The notes below the pieces were generated by a model. That model did no database searches. It had not been told where the DNA came from and worked only from the letters and a program-made list of their open reading frames with translations. Positions 40,404 to 50,358 of a stretch of DNA of 64,000 nucleotides are shown here, in pieces (within the stretch, counting starts at the first letter, position 1; every line of letters begins with the position of its first letter). The translations under genes were made by a program, and so were the position numbers. Source of the DNA: Nitrososphaeraceae archaeon (GTDB lineage: Archaea > Thermoproteota > Nitrososphaeria > Nitrososphaerales > Nitrososphaeraceae); contig JBOGPP010000106.1 of NCBI GenBank assembly GCA_050748485.1, positions 1,661 through 65,660 of the forward strand, read 5' to 3'.

Positions 40404-41873
40404 ATGACCAGTTACGACCAAATTATGAAGCTTGCACTTGAACGCGGGTTTTACTTCCCCAGCTGCGAAATCTACCCAGACGCCCCTGCAGGTTTCTGGG
40501 AATACGGTCCTATAGGAGTGAATATGAAGAACAAATTCATAGCGCTTTGGCGAAGGGAGTTGATACGGCGAGATAGTATGATAGAGGTCGATGGGTCTCA
40601 GATAATGAGCCGGAGCGTTTTCGAAGCGTCTGGGCATTTACTTAACTTCAGTGATCCACTATTAGAATGCAAAAACTGTAACTCAATATTTCGGGCAGAT
40701 AGATATATCTCTGAAAAAATAGGGAGAGCTATTCCAGAAGGTACCTCTGAAATAGCAATGAACTCAATGATAGCAGAGAACCATATTCGATGCCAAAATT
40801 GCAAGGGAGAGTTTAAGTCTGTAACTCGATTCAATATGATGTTCAAAGTTGGAATCGGTTCTTCGCACGATGAGGCTTACTTGAGGCCTGAAACCTGCCA
40901 GACTATTTTCGTTGATTTCTCTAGGGTATTTAAGACAATGAGGGGGAAGCTACCATTAGGGATAGCTCAGATAGGCAAGAGCTTTAGAAACGAAATTGCG
41001 CCTAGACAGAGCTTGTTGAGACTTAGGGAATTTTATCAGGCAGAGATTGAAGTTTTTTGTAACCCTGACCGGTTGAATGAGATGCCCAAATTCGATGAAG
41101 TAAGAAATACTCGACTTAATTTGTATGATGATGATTACCATCGCGATATAACCGCTTACGACTGTTTGGACCAGGGGCTACTACCTAATAAGCTGGTTGC
41201 ATATTATCTAGCACTACTTACAGAGTTCTACGGCAAGACAGGAATCGACATGAAGCGAACTAGATTTAGAAGATTAACCGATGATGAGAAGGCCTTCTAT
41301 TCTCTTGTTGCATTTGATTTTGAAGTAGAAACCAGCATTGGTTGGCTGGAACTTGTAGCTTGTAACTATCGGGCAGACTACGACCTCAAGGGTCATTCGT
41401 CGACTAGTAACCATAATCTCGAAGTTATTGAGCCTACGAACCAGACTAAGGTCTTACCTCACGTTTTCGAATTGTCGATGGGAATTGATAGGAGCCTTTA
41501 CACTATCTTAGAACACTGCTACCACGAAGATTTTAGACATGATGACCGAGTTGTTCTAAGGCTTAACCCTTACCTTGCTCCTATCACATTTGGAGTACTT
41601 CCTCTTATGTCAAAAACCATCATGGTCGAAAAGTCTAGGGCGATCCATTCGCTTTTGAAAAGAGATTTCGATTCGGTCTACGATGAGTCAGGTTCGATAG
41701 GCAGACGTTATAGACGGTTAGAAGAAATCGGAGTTCCATTTGCGATTACCATAGACCAGCAAACGCTGGTGGACGATACTGTGACTGTCAGATATAGAGA
41801 CTCTATGGAACAGGAGAGAATTAATACAGGGGAGCTGAAAAAATTCCTCGAGGACAAGTCTGCGGTAGTTTGA
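40404..41873 (+). CDS. glyS: Glycine--tRNA ligase (archaeal/eukaryotic type)
   Basis: RGFYFPS.EIY, SGH...FSDP, LRPETCQ.IF, FRNEI.PRQ.L.RLREF.QAE, EL.MGIDR, SIGRRYRR.EEIG motifs. Confidence 0.97.
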   Translation: MTSYDQIMKLALERGFYFPSCEIYPDAPAGFWEYGPIGVNMKNKFIALWRRELIRRDSMIEVDGSQIMSRSVFEASGHLLNFSDPLLECKNCNSIFRADRYISEKIGRAIPEGTSEIAMNSMIAENHIRCQNCKGEFKSVTRFNMMFKVGIGSSHDEAYLRPETCQTIFVDFSRVFKTMRGKLPLGIAQIGKSFRNEIAPRQSLLRLREFYQAEIEVFCNPDRLNEMPKFDEVRNTRLNLYDDDYHRDITAYDCLDQGLLPNKLVAYYLALLTEFYGKTGIDMKRTRFRRLTDDEKAFYSLVAFDFEVETSIGWLELVACNYRADYDLKGHSSTSNHNLEVIEPTNQTKVLPHVFELSMGIDRSLYTILEHCYHEDFRHDDRVVLRLNPYLAPITFGVLPLMSKTIMVEKSRAIHSLLKRDFDSVYDESGSIGRRYRRLEEIGVPFAITIDQQTLVDDTVTVRYRDSMEQERINTGELKKFLEDKSAVV

Positions 41874-41920
41874 AATGTACCTAACCATGATCTTAAATGG
41901 GGGTTTAATGTAATCTTCTA

Positions 41921-42217
41921 CTACGTCTTTTGCTTATGTTCCCGATTAATTCTTGTTATCTCGTCTTCCAAAAGTCTTGAATATCGCTGGTAAGATTCTA
42001 GGAGGCGTTTCCGAGTGTTTGTAAGTTGCATACAGACATTTAAGGCTTCAAGGCAAGAATCCATCGATCTTTCTGAGGCAAATCTGTTCATTGCAGATCT
42101 AAATTGGATGATGAGTTTCTTCTGTTCAGAGCTTTGGTCATTGATAAAATTTGCCAGCTCTTCGACTTCCGCAGAAATGTCTGATACACTTACTCTGTCA
42201 AACTTAATCAATGGCAT
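41921..42217 (-). CDS. Hypothetical coiled-coil protein
   Basis: ATG ORF with amphipathic helical composition. Confidence 0.65.
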   Translation of the reverse strand: MPLIKFDRVSVSDISAEVEELANFINDQSSEQKKLIIQFRSAMNRFASERSMDSCLEALNVCMQLTNTRKRLLESYQRYSRLLEDEITRINREHKQKT

Positions 42218-42411
42218 TCACCTCAGGAATTATAGATTTGAGATAACTTGAAATCAATAACAAGTGCTTGATCACAAATACTAGCTATATTAATGTAGAA
42301 TGAATAGCATGCATAAATTTTGGTCTAAGATGTGAACTATCCTTAAAGTATGCCGTACCTGTGTATATCTTAGGACAATGTTTATTTACAATACTCCAAC
42401 TCCAGGAATAT

Positions 42412-43254
42412 ATGGTAGTTGATAACAAAGGAAGACTTTCGTATCTTAGAGTCTTGAAGGAAGACCTATTGATTTTACGAATAACTCCAGTTGATGGTCA
42501 AGTACCTGACTTCAAGGCAGGTCAGTTCCTCACTGTTGGGCAACACATACCTCGAGAAGGAAAAGTCATCCGCAGGGCGTATTCGATAGCTTCACCTCCT
42601 GAACGGAAAAGCTACTTTGAGCTGCTCATACGCTGGGTAAGAAAACCAGTACCGGGAAGGCTTACGACTGAACTCTTCAATATGAAGGAAGGGGATGACG
42701 TTAGTTGGGTGAAGCCCACTGGTATATTCACAATCAATCAGTCGAAACCAGATGGGACGCCTGATGAGAGGCGGATGGTACTGATTGGTGGGGGAACAGG
42801 ATTGGCCCCGTTTATAGCCTATTCGCTCCATCTAAAGTCTATCCAGAGCAAGAGGGAGATTGTGGTGCTACATGGCGCCAGCTATGTCGACGAACTCAGC
42901 TATAGAGAACTCTTGACCCAACTCGAAGAAGAAAGTGAGGAGATTGGTAGAGATAAGTGGAACTTTCGATATAGAGCGAGTATTAGCCGGCCTCAGGAAT
43001 GGTTCAATAGAACATGGGGAGGACAGAAAGGTAGAGTGGAATCATTCTTGAGACCAAAAGCTGGAACCGACAAGTCTCCATTAGAGGAATTAGTAGGTGA
43101 GAAAATAACTCCAGAGAATACATGTTTCTATGTGTGTGGATGGCAGGGTACAGTTGATGGGGCACTCGATTACCTGGTCCCAAAGGGTTTTGTTACCGAA
43201 CGCCAGAAAAGAAAGGACGGTAGTTATGACGTCAAATTCGAATCGTATGGATAG
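42412..43254 (+). CDS. Ferredoxin/flavodoxin--NADP+ reductase (ORF track starts at 42361)
   Basis: FKAGQF, RAYSIAS, G.LT..L, GGGTGLAPF, YVCG and terminal FESY. Confidence 0.92.
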   Translation: MVVDNKGRLSYLRVLKEDLLILRITPVDGQVPDFKAGQFLTVGQHIPREGKVIRRAYSIASPPERKSYFELLIRWVRKPVPGRLTTELFNMKEGDDVSWVKPTGIFTINQSKPDGTPDERRMVLIGGGTGLAPFIAYSLHLKSIQSKREIVVLHGASYVDELSYRELLTQLEEESEEIGRDKWNFRYRASISRPQEWFNRTWGGQKGRVESFLRPKAGTDKSPLEELVGEKITPENTCFYVCGWQGTVDGALDYLVPKGFVTERQKRKDGSYDVKFESYG

Positions 43255-43305
43255 GTAAATGCCTGCACTAAAGCCTTTATATCTGGACATGTCTAGAACA
43301 ACGAA

Positions 43306-43644
43306 ATGAAATTTGAATTCGAGGAATTTACTTCCGTTGAAGAAGTTTTCATGTACTTAGTATCAGTAGCGCCTTACATGAAACAAATCTTGCCTGTAAG
43401 TTCGTACAAAGGATATGTTTTCTCCATAGTTCCTTTAAGCCCTATTTCAGGTGAGGTCTTAATGATGGTCTATACAAAAGGGAGAATAGATCCGGGAATG
43501 CTTGAGTTTGATGTTTCAACAAAGAAGTACAAGCAAGTAAACTCTGTTGAACGAGCTGACAAGAATTATTTTATTATATTGACTCCTGCCAAGGCTACAA
43601 TAGCAGATGATGCAATAGCGGCGCTCGAATCAAAACAACCGTGA
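43306..43644 (+). CDS. Conserved hypothetical protein
   Basis: ATG ORF after TTTATA; no family recognised. Confidence 0.7.
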   Translation: MKFEFEEFTSVEEVFMYLVSVAPYMKQILPVSSYKGYVFSIVPLSPISGEVLMMVYTKGRIDPGMLEFDVSTKKYKQVNSVERADKNYFIILTPAKATIADDAIAALESKQP

Positions 43645-43754
43645 GGGATTTGTTCAATATTTCACCTGGCGCGTCAACTGAGATAAACTTTCCCGGGTGC
43701 ATAAGGAATGGATGTCCGAAATCTAGCTCATCTCACTAGGTAAGAAGTAGATTT

Positions 43755-45329
43755 TTAAAGCTTCGGGGGAAGCGATGCAGTAACAGATTTTCTTCTCGAA
43801 TATTTTGAAACAATTTCCTCTGGTGGTCTTCCGCTAAAAAGATTTTTCGATAAACCCCTCAAATACCGCATTATCGCCCATGTTCCGGCTTTTATTAGAG
43901 TCGCCATGAAAACTTTCATCAGAGGACCGTACGTCTTGTTCCTTATTATAATTGGAATTATGTCGTTTATTACCCATAGGTTGTGCTGCCAGCACCTCCA
44001 AAAAAGCGCAAACTGTGCTTCATTGAGATTTCCAAAATGCATAGAATTCCTCTCTGAAAAATCTTGGTATAGTAGTGGCGCGACAAGTCCACGCATATTA
44101 GTATCTCGAAAATCATCAATCAAGTCTATAGTGTATTGAGTCTCATCTGGAGTTTCATCTGGCCATCCTATAATAAGAGTCAGTGCCGGAAACCAGTGGT
44201 TTTGATTCAAGATTTTGACGCCCTGTCGCACAACTGCTCCCCATTCTTCCGCTTGGAACGGCTTTGTTTTAACACCAAGATGTTTCTTTACCATTCTGGG
44301 CGCAACTGTTTCGACACCAAGATTGGTTGCAAGCCATCGACCGCTTCTTTCCATTCCATTGATATGAGATAATTTTGTTATGAGATCAGGTGAGCTCGCT
44401 ACTGCCGAAAGAGTCATGTGAGTAGTGCCTATGAAATTCGCACCCACAGACTTCAGGCCAGACCATAAATTAATTATTGCATCAGAATTGGGAACAAAGT
44501 CCTTGTTATCACAACCATACAAGAGCATCTCATCAGATTGGAGCCATATTGAGTCAAAGCCATAATTCAAGTTAATCTTAGCTTCTTCTTGTAGTCTTTC
44601 AAGTGGAATGTCTTTTTTTGAACGCTTGTTTACATCACAAAAATCGCAACCCCTACCACATCCTCTCATTGCTTCAATCAGTGAGTTTATTGTCGGTCCA
44701 CGAATGCTTGGAATATTCTCAATTCTCCTGACAAAAGTGTGAAGTAACTCTGGGGCATCACCAGATTCTAAGTCGTGGAACAGATCAAGGGCTAATTCAT
44801 CCGCCTCGCCTATAACTACCGTATCAATACCATGAATCTTCATTCGGTCTGGTTTCGCTAACTCCCATGCACCATTCCCCCCTACGACAACTTTGAAACC
44901 ATATTTTTTCTTGAGTTGAATTATGGAAGCACACAACTTTTTAAATTTCATGGCAACGTACGAAAGCTTTTCGGGAGACATTGTCGTGGTTACAGGCGCC
45001 ATTCCTAAAGGATCCATTACATTTATTCCAATAACTTTAGTTTCAGGCCCAACACATCTCTCGAGCATTTCGGGGTGAGCTATGAAAATGTCATTAGATT
45101 TGTATTCCTTGAGCAATGCGGCCTCAACTCTCCTTAATCCGCATTGAGCGACTTTAACTTCCCCTGTTGTCTTGTCAGTTTCAACACTGGGACAAAAAAG
45201 TTTATCGAAGACAAACTCAGGAACTAGTTCGTAAGGTCCGCAGGCGATGAAACCATAAAGAAAATTACCTCTATAGTTGGTCATGAGACTCCTATCTGCA
45301 GTTAGTACCACTCTCTTACCGTTAACCAT
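43755..45329 (-). CDS. grs: B12-binding-type radical SAM enzyme resembling GDGT ring synthase (GrsA/GrsB family)
   Basis: CxxxCxxC (RGCGRGCDFC); N-terminal LTADRSLMTNY and GLRRVEAAL blocks, VVVGG.GAW, G.D..V.GE and GVET motifs match my recollection of Grs-family sequences. Close paralogues (Gms/Gmm) cannot be excluded by eye. Confidence 0.7.
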   Translation of the reverse strand: MVNGKRVVLTADRSLMTNYRGNFLYGFIACGPYELVPEFVFDKLFCPSVETDKTTGEVKVAQCGLRRVEAALLKEYKSNDIFIAHPEMLERCVGPETKVIGINVMDPLGMAPVTTTMSPEKLSYVAMKFKKLCASIIQLKKKYGFKVVVGGNGAWELAKPDRMKIHGIDTVVIGEADELALDLFHDLESGDAPELLHTFVRRIENIPSIRGPTINSLIEAMRGCGRGCDFCDVNKRSKKDIPLERLQEEAKINLNYGFDSIWLQSDEMLLYGCDNKDFVPNSDAIINLWSGLKSVGANFIGTTHMTLSAVASSPDLITKLSHINGMERSGRWLATNLGVETVAPRMVKKHLGVKTKPFQAEEWGAVVRQGVKILNQNHWFPALTLIIGWPDETPDETQYTIDLIDDFRDTNMRGLVAPLLYQDFSERNSMHFGNLNEAQFALFWRCWQHNLWVINDIIPIIIRNKTYGPLMKVFMATLIKAGTWAIMRYLRGLSKNLFSGRPPEEIVSKYSRRKSVTASLPPKL

Positions 45330-45435
45330 GATCTAAACGTTCCTCCTTATTCCATCTGAGCATTGATATAAATCTATTCCGATACGCCAAATTCCTGCTA
45401 AAATTCCCAGTAGCTAAGGATTATTACCTAAAAAT

Positions 45436-45915
<480 letters not shown>

Positions 45916-45954
45916 TCAAACGTATTAATATCGACGGTATTGTGACTCTAGATA

Positions 45955-46028
45955 GGGCCGGTCGTCTAGTCTGGTAGGATACGGCATTGGCATTGCCGAG
46001 GTCGTGGGTTCGAATCCCACCCGGTCCA
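45955..46028 (+). tRNA. tRNA-Ala: tRNA-Ala (anticodon GGC), intronless, CCA not encoded
   Basis: Acceptor GGGCCGG/CCGGTCC with G3:U70 and A73, anticodon arm CGGCA-TTGGCAT-TGCCG, T arm GTGGG-TTCGAAT-CCCAC; TATTAATA about 25 nt upstream. Confidence 0.97.
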
Positions 46029-46129
46029 TGTACCCGAAGTATCAACTGCCATCGAACCGATAAACCAATAAATATGCGTGAAGAGAAATTCTAGTTGAGC
46101 TGCTAGTTTGACGAGGGTACTCATGCACA

Positions 46130-46888
46130 TTGTTCGGTCTTCTTGATGATGCGTTTTATAGCGAAAAAAAGATAGCTCTCACAGCAGATCCTAATGCTAT
46201 GGTTGAGGAGCTACTGGTCTCAGACTATGGAGAACATAATATGTTGGTTTATCCAAATCGCAGATCTTTTAGGCAATTGTATTCAAAATATTGCAGAAAT
46301 GTACTTGTTGAACATAACTCAAATGGTGCTGAAAATGAAATGATTTTGATAATATCCTACTATGACACTGCTAGTAACATTAGAAATGTGCTAAAACGAA
46401 CTGGAATAGACATCGACGGAGGCATGAAAAAATGGCCTATTGTATTAATGGACTCCGTTACGGCGTATTCATGTTCTACTGTTGACCAAAGGTGTGAGGG
46501 AGCAGGCAATAATCACAGAAATGGCGAGAACTTCGACAAGAGGATTTGGGCACCTAATGAGCAACTGGAGGATCAATATGCCCCATTTCCTATCCGATAC
46601 AAACCGTACAGAATCTTAAATCTCCTGAGTTCCTTGTTACAGAATACGCACGACTTCGGCATGAAAGGGTTGTGTGTTATTGCTGACGTGGGATCATTCT
46701 ACCTCCTCAACAGAATCGAAGAACTTGTGGACTACGAATGTTCTTATGCTCCTAAATTTGATAAAAAAATAAATGTTAAAGCATTTTGTTGTCATCATCG
46801 ACAGGAAGTGAAAAAGGCTTTAACAATAGAACAACAAACCAGGATCTTTGACCACCATAACAGAAATCTTCTCCTTACCAGTAGCTGA
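46130..46888 (+). CDS. MEDS-like sensory domain protein
   Basis: GEHNMLVYP...Y..Y......E..LI.SYYDT and EELVDYE...P.KF....K.FCCH fit the MEDS-like family expanded in Nitrososphaeraceae. Confidence 0.65.
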   Translation: MFGLLDDAFYSEKKIALTADPNAMVEELLVSDYGEHNMLVYPNRRSFRQLYSKYCRNVLVEHNSNGAENEMILIISYYDTASNIRNVLKRTGIDIDGGMKKWPIVLMDSVTAYSCSTVDQRCEGAGNNHRNGENFDKRIWAPNEQLEDQYAPFPIRYKPYRILNLLSSLLQNTHDFGMKGLCVIADVGSFYLLNRIEELVDYECSYAPKFDKKINVKAFCCHHRQEVKKALTIEQQTRIFDHHNRNLLLTSS

Positions 46889-47099
46889 AATAGTTCAGGC
46901 ATGTGTTACCGAATGACGAGACACGATGATTTTTCTCCGCAATATCAAAAATCTAAAGATTAGTAGGGTGAAGTAGCATACCCAGAGAAAAGAAGGTCAA
47001 TCTTGGTCTCCAGAAATCAAATGCAGGACGAGGAGTATTTTCATTTTCAAAATGATTGGTGATAAGGACCACTATATTTTAAGAATTCAAAGTCCCTAT

Positions 47100-47609
47100 T
47101 CAGGAATTCCAGAGCGGGAGGTCTATTGGGAAGTACTCCTTTATGGTAATCGCAAGTTGCTTTCGTATGTAAATATCATAAATTCTGTATATTGCATTTC
47201 GCCTTCGATCGAATCCTATATTCTTAATATGCCGAAAGGTTTCAATGCTTAAATCTTCGATTGAGCTGCCAATCCCCTTTTTTCCATCAACTATTCTATC
47301 TAGTAACAAAATTGGAAGATTTTGAGTCTCAATCTTCGATTCGGCATGCATTATCACCCCACCATCAAGTTTGTTTCTAACACACACCTTGCGATATAAC
47401 ATAGAGCCAGACTTTTTCTGACCTAGTAAGACAATTTCAATGTTATTCCTTACTAATGCTTGAAGTACACTTTCCAAGACACCGTTCTGTATGATGACAA
47501 TTAGTAAGAGTGGAGGAATTTTGTACTGCAATTTAGTTTCTAATTCGACTACCGCCTTTTGCAATGTTGACCAATTATACATTCCAGAAGCAAGTCTGAT
47601 TCTTTTCAA
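47100..47609 (-). CDS. Chorismate pyruvate-lyase-like protein (DUF98/UbiC fold)
   Basis: YRKV....HAESKI...LP......GIG.......ETFRHI......R.Y.I......I.IKEYFP pattern. Confidence 0.65.
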   Translation of the reverse strand: MKRIRLASGMYNWSTLQKAVVELETKLQYKIPPLLLIVIIQNGVLESVLQALVRNNIEIVLLGQKKSGSMLYRKVCVRNKLDGGVIMHAESKIETQNLPILLLDRIVDGKKGIGSSIEDLSIETFRHIKNIGFDRRRNAIYRIYDIYIRKQLAITIKEYFPIDLPLWNS

Positions 47610-47659
47610 TTCTGTTTGGATAGGCTAAACACAATTAAAAGGTGTGCTTTAGAAGAGTA

Positions 47660-48379
47660 TTAGCCCAGAACAATACGTATAGCCAGGGCCGCCATGGCAA
47701 TACTTAGTGTGCCCATACTAATTATTTTCAGATACTTTTCTAACGTGTGCATGGAGACATTTTGCTCATTCCTACTTTTGAGGATCTTGTAAGGCCTAGA
47801 AAGACTAATTTCAACGTAACTGATGAAACCAGCAACAGTCGCCACAAGTATCGATTCAAGACTAATTGTATTGGTCTGCATCATGTAACCAGCCAGGACG
47901 GGAAGCGCTCCCCATGCTACCACAAACCAAAAATTTGTGTGGAAATACCCCTTAAATTTCTCGAAGTTATACGCAAATAGAAAAAAACCTTCTGCAACTG
48001 CTACGACTGAGAGCGAAGGCACAAACAAAATGATATAGTAGACGCCTATTGCATAGGCGATTGAGAGGGACAACACCAAGACGGTCCATGAAGTTGATTT
48101 GCTAAATTCTATTCCCCAAGGTCTCTTTTTCGAACCAATATAATCGGCAAAGTGAGCGCCGATTCCCAAGGCAAAAAAGTAAATAACGATGATTCCTACT
48201 ATCCTCTCCCAATGGATTGAAGGAGTAAGGAGAGAGCCCAGTAACGCAAATGATATACACATCGCAGTATACGGCAAAAATAGAATTCCTATTGCTATTC
48301 TAAATTGAGTTGGACCAAACTTTGGTACGAACCATTCATTCAGCCGATTAGTGTCCTCACTCATTCTTCTTAGCAACAA
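47660..48379 (-). CDS. UbiA/MenA-like integral membrane prenyltransferase homologue
   Basis: About 8 TM helices with GAHFADY (degenerate first Asp motif), LFAYN and AWGALPVLAGY. Confidence 0.55.
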   Translation of the reverse strand: MLLRRMSEDTNRLNEWFVPKFGPTQFRIAIGILFLPYTAMCISFALLGSLLTPSIHWERIVGIIVIYFFALGIGAHFADYIGSKKRPWGIEFSKSTSWTVLVLSLSIAYAIGVYYIILFVPSLSVVAVAEGFFLFAYNFEKFKGYFHTNFWFVVAWGALPVLAGYMMQTNTISLESILVATVAGFISYVEISLSRPYKILKSRNEQNVSMHTLEKYLKIISMGTLSIAMAALAIRIVLG

Positions 48380-49031
48380 TCATTTTGGAAGTACCAAATG
48401 TGAAATACGTAGAACTTATTTCGACAAAGCCATGACATCTTAAGGATGCGAGAAGCTGCTCCGACCACTTTGAATTCTCAATCATCTGATCAAGTTCTAA
48501 GAAGACATGCTGCCACGATGTTACAATCGAACCTGCTATACGCAATAATTTGAAATGTGACTTCCAGAGAAATCTAACAACTTTGTTTTTTGGATATGAA
48601 AAATCATGAAACACAACAACCCCGTTTGGAGTTATCACTCTACTAATTTCAGTTACAAGTTTGTTGATGTCCACATACTTTGCCAAGTATGAAGATACGA
48701 TACAGTCACAGCTACGATTCCTAAAGGGCAACATTTCAGCGTTTGCGTTAACCACATTACGGATCTTTCTCCTATTATTGGAAATCTTGGCATAGTCAAA
48801 TGAGAGATCCAAACTCAAAACATCTAATCCGCTAGTGCTGCTCTCGATCATCTCGCTTAGAATTCCAGTACCGGAAGCTAGATCTAGCACGATTTTTCCT
48901 TGGATCTTATTCAGAATTTTTTTTTTCCAATGCATATCTCTGCCAATTGTAGCATATCGCACGATCCGGTCATATGTATTGGCGTTTTGCTTAGTAAAAA
49001 AATGCCTTGCATTATGTAATCCTGGATGCAC
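48357..49031 (-). CDS. UbiE/MenG-like methyltransferase
   Basis: YD.....T.G.D..WK, LDLASGTG, NAE.LPF, EISRV..P.G.....DFS.P. Confidence 0.8.
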   Translation of the reverse strand: MHPGLHNARHFFTKQNANTYDRIVRYATIGRDMHWKKKILNKIQGKIVLDLASGTGILSEMIESSTSGLDVLSLDLSFDYAKISNNRRKIRNVVNANAEMLPFRNRSCDCIVSSYLAKYVDINKLVTEISRVITPNGVVVFHDFSYPKNKVVRFLWKSHFKLLRIAGSIVTSWQHVFLELDQMIENSKWSEQLLASLRCHGFVEISSTYFTFGTSKMIVAKKNE

Positions 49032-49101
49032 TAGCCTAGTTCATAATACATTTTTCTTGCGTATAAAGCTTATAGTTATCATACGAACAATATGTTGCTA
49101 G

Positions 49102-49794
49102 TTGTATTTTGTGAATTGGCAAAGGCATGTTCGGCGAGGCGAATACGAAGGTCGCAAAGTAGTCATAAAAACCAACAAGAAAATTAAGGGCTTTAGAGAT
49201 TTCATCCTTGTATTTTCTTTTGTGCTGACGTCAGTGCTAATGCTTCATCCGAGCGCTCCACATCCGCTTGGTTCAATGTTATTGTATAACGAGAGCGCTG
49301 TGATGAGAGAAACACTTAGGAAGTTAGAAATACTTAGCCCAGCTCTTTTATACAATAGCAAGAGGGTCCTAATAGAGGAATATATCGAGGGGGGTAATTT
49401 GTATTCTCTTTTCGAGAAAGAGGAGGACACGTCGTTAGCAAATAGAGCAGGTATTATCACGGCACGTCTTCACAATGCTGAATTAGTTTTTCTAGATAAC
49501 AAGGCCGAAAACTACCTGATAGACAGTCAAGGAAAGCTAGTCAGAACAGATTTGAGTTTCATCATGAGAAACCATTCTGTTTTTTCAAGAAGCATGGATA
49601 TAGCTAGCTTCTTAGCCAGCATAATGGATTTAAGTAGTTCTAGATATCACACAATTCATAACACTTTCGTCAGGGCTTATATGAACGAAACAGGCAAGTC
49701 ATGCCCATACCTTTACATTATATTGAGAAACATTATGGCCTTAGCGCTTACCTCAAATAGAGTTAATACGTTTGTGAACTTATTGAAATCTTGA
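49102..49794 (+). CDS. Atypical protein-kinase-fold enzyme (Bud32/RIO/KdkA-like)
   Basis: VVIK lysine, IEEYIEG hinge, LH.....DNK.EN catalytic loop, TDL (DFG-like). Confidence 0.7.
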   Translation: MYFVNWQRHVRRGEYEGRKVVIKTNKKIKGFRDFILVFSFVLTSVLMLHPSAPHPLGSMLLYNESAVMRETLRKLEILSPALLYNSKRVLIEEYIEGGNLYSLFEKEEDTSLANRAGIITARLHNAELVFLDNKAENYLIDSQGKLVRTDLSFIMRNHSVFSRSMDIASFLASIMDLSSSRYHTIHNTFVRAYMNETGKSCPYLYIILRNIMALALTSNRVNTFVNLLKS

Positions 49795-49854
49795 AGGGAG
49801 CTGAAAAATCCACTGCGTTTAATGGTTGTGGCGATGTCGAAATTATATTTTCTG

Positions 49855-50250
49855 CTATATAGGTGGCAACTCCGTTTTCTTGTCAAAACCACCTGAGCCA
49901 AAGCGACAGTAGAAGCACTGGTCAGACATCATGTATGGAATCTTTTGAATGACAACAGCTCCAATCTTTAATGCGATCTTAGTCATAATTTTGTATTTCA
50001 TTGGCATGGACGGAATAACCTCTTTGAAGTAAACATCATAATGATCTGGACAAAACTTTAATGTAACCTGAGCTTTCTGCCTAGATTGATGCCCTTTATC
50101 CCTTGATGAGACGTTTAGATTTTTTGCCACATTAATTTGTTCTCTGATATACTCGTGCTTTGGACATGGGCAATCCTTCCCTTGAGGATGTTTGTACGCA
50201 GGAAGATTCTTCCAGTCAAAGTCAGGGTAATTCTTCTCAAAGTCTTCCAT
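49855..50250 (-). CDS. Hypothetical Cys/His-rich protein
   Basis: HxxGxxCPCPKH, CPDH and CFYC motifs. Confidence 0.7.
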   Translation of the reverse strand: MEDFEKNYPDFDWKNLPAYKHPQGKDCPCPKHEYIREQINVAKNLNVSSRDKGHQSRQKAQVTLKFCPDHYDVYFKEVIPSMPMKYKIMTKIALKIGAVVIQKIPYMMSDQCFYCRFGSGGFDKKTELPPI

Positions 50251-50358
50251 TCATTAATCCAAATTTTATTGAATGTTATCTGATATAAACATGTAGGGAT
50301 AAAAATGCCTTCCGTTGGCAAGAATTAAATAGTCAAAGGGATCAGAAAAAATATATTT

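Noticed and set aside
45955-49800. Integrative element at tRNA-Ala
   Set aside because: No integrase and no duplicated tRNA 3' end seen; downstream genes look chromosomal.
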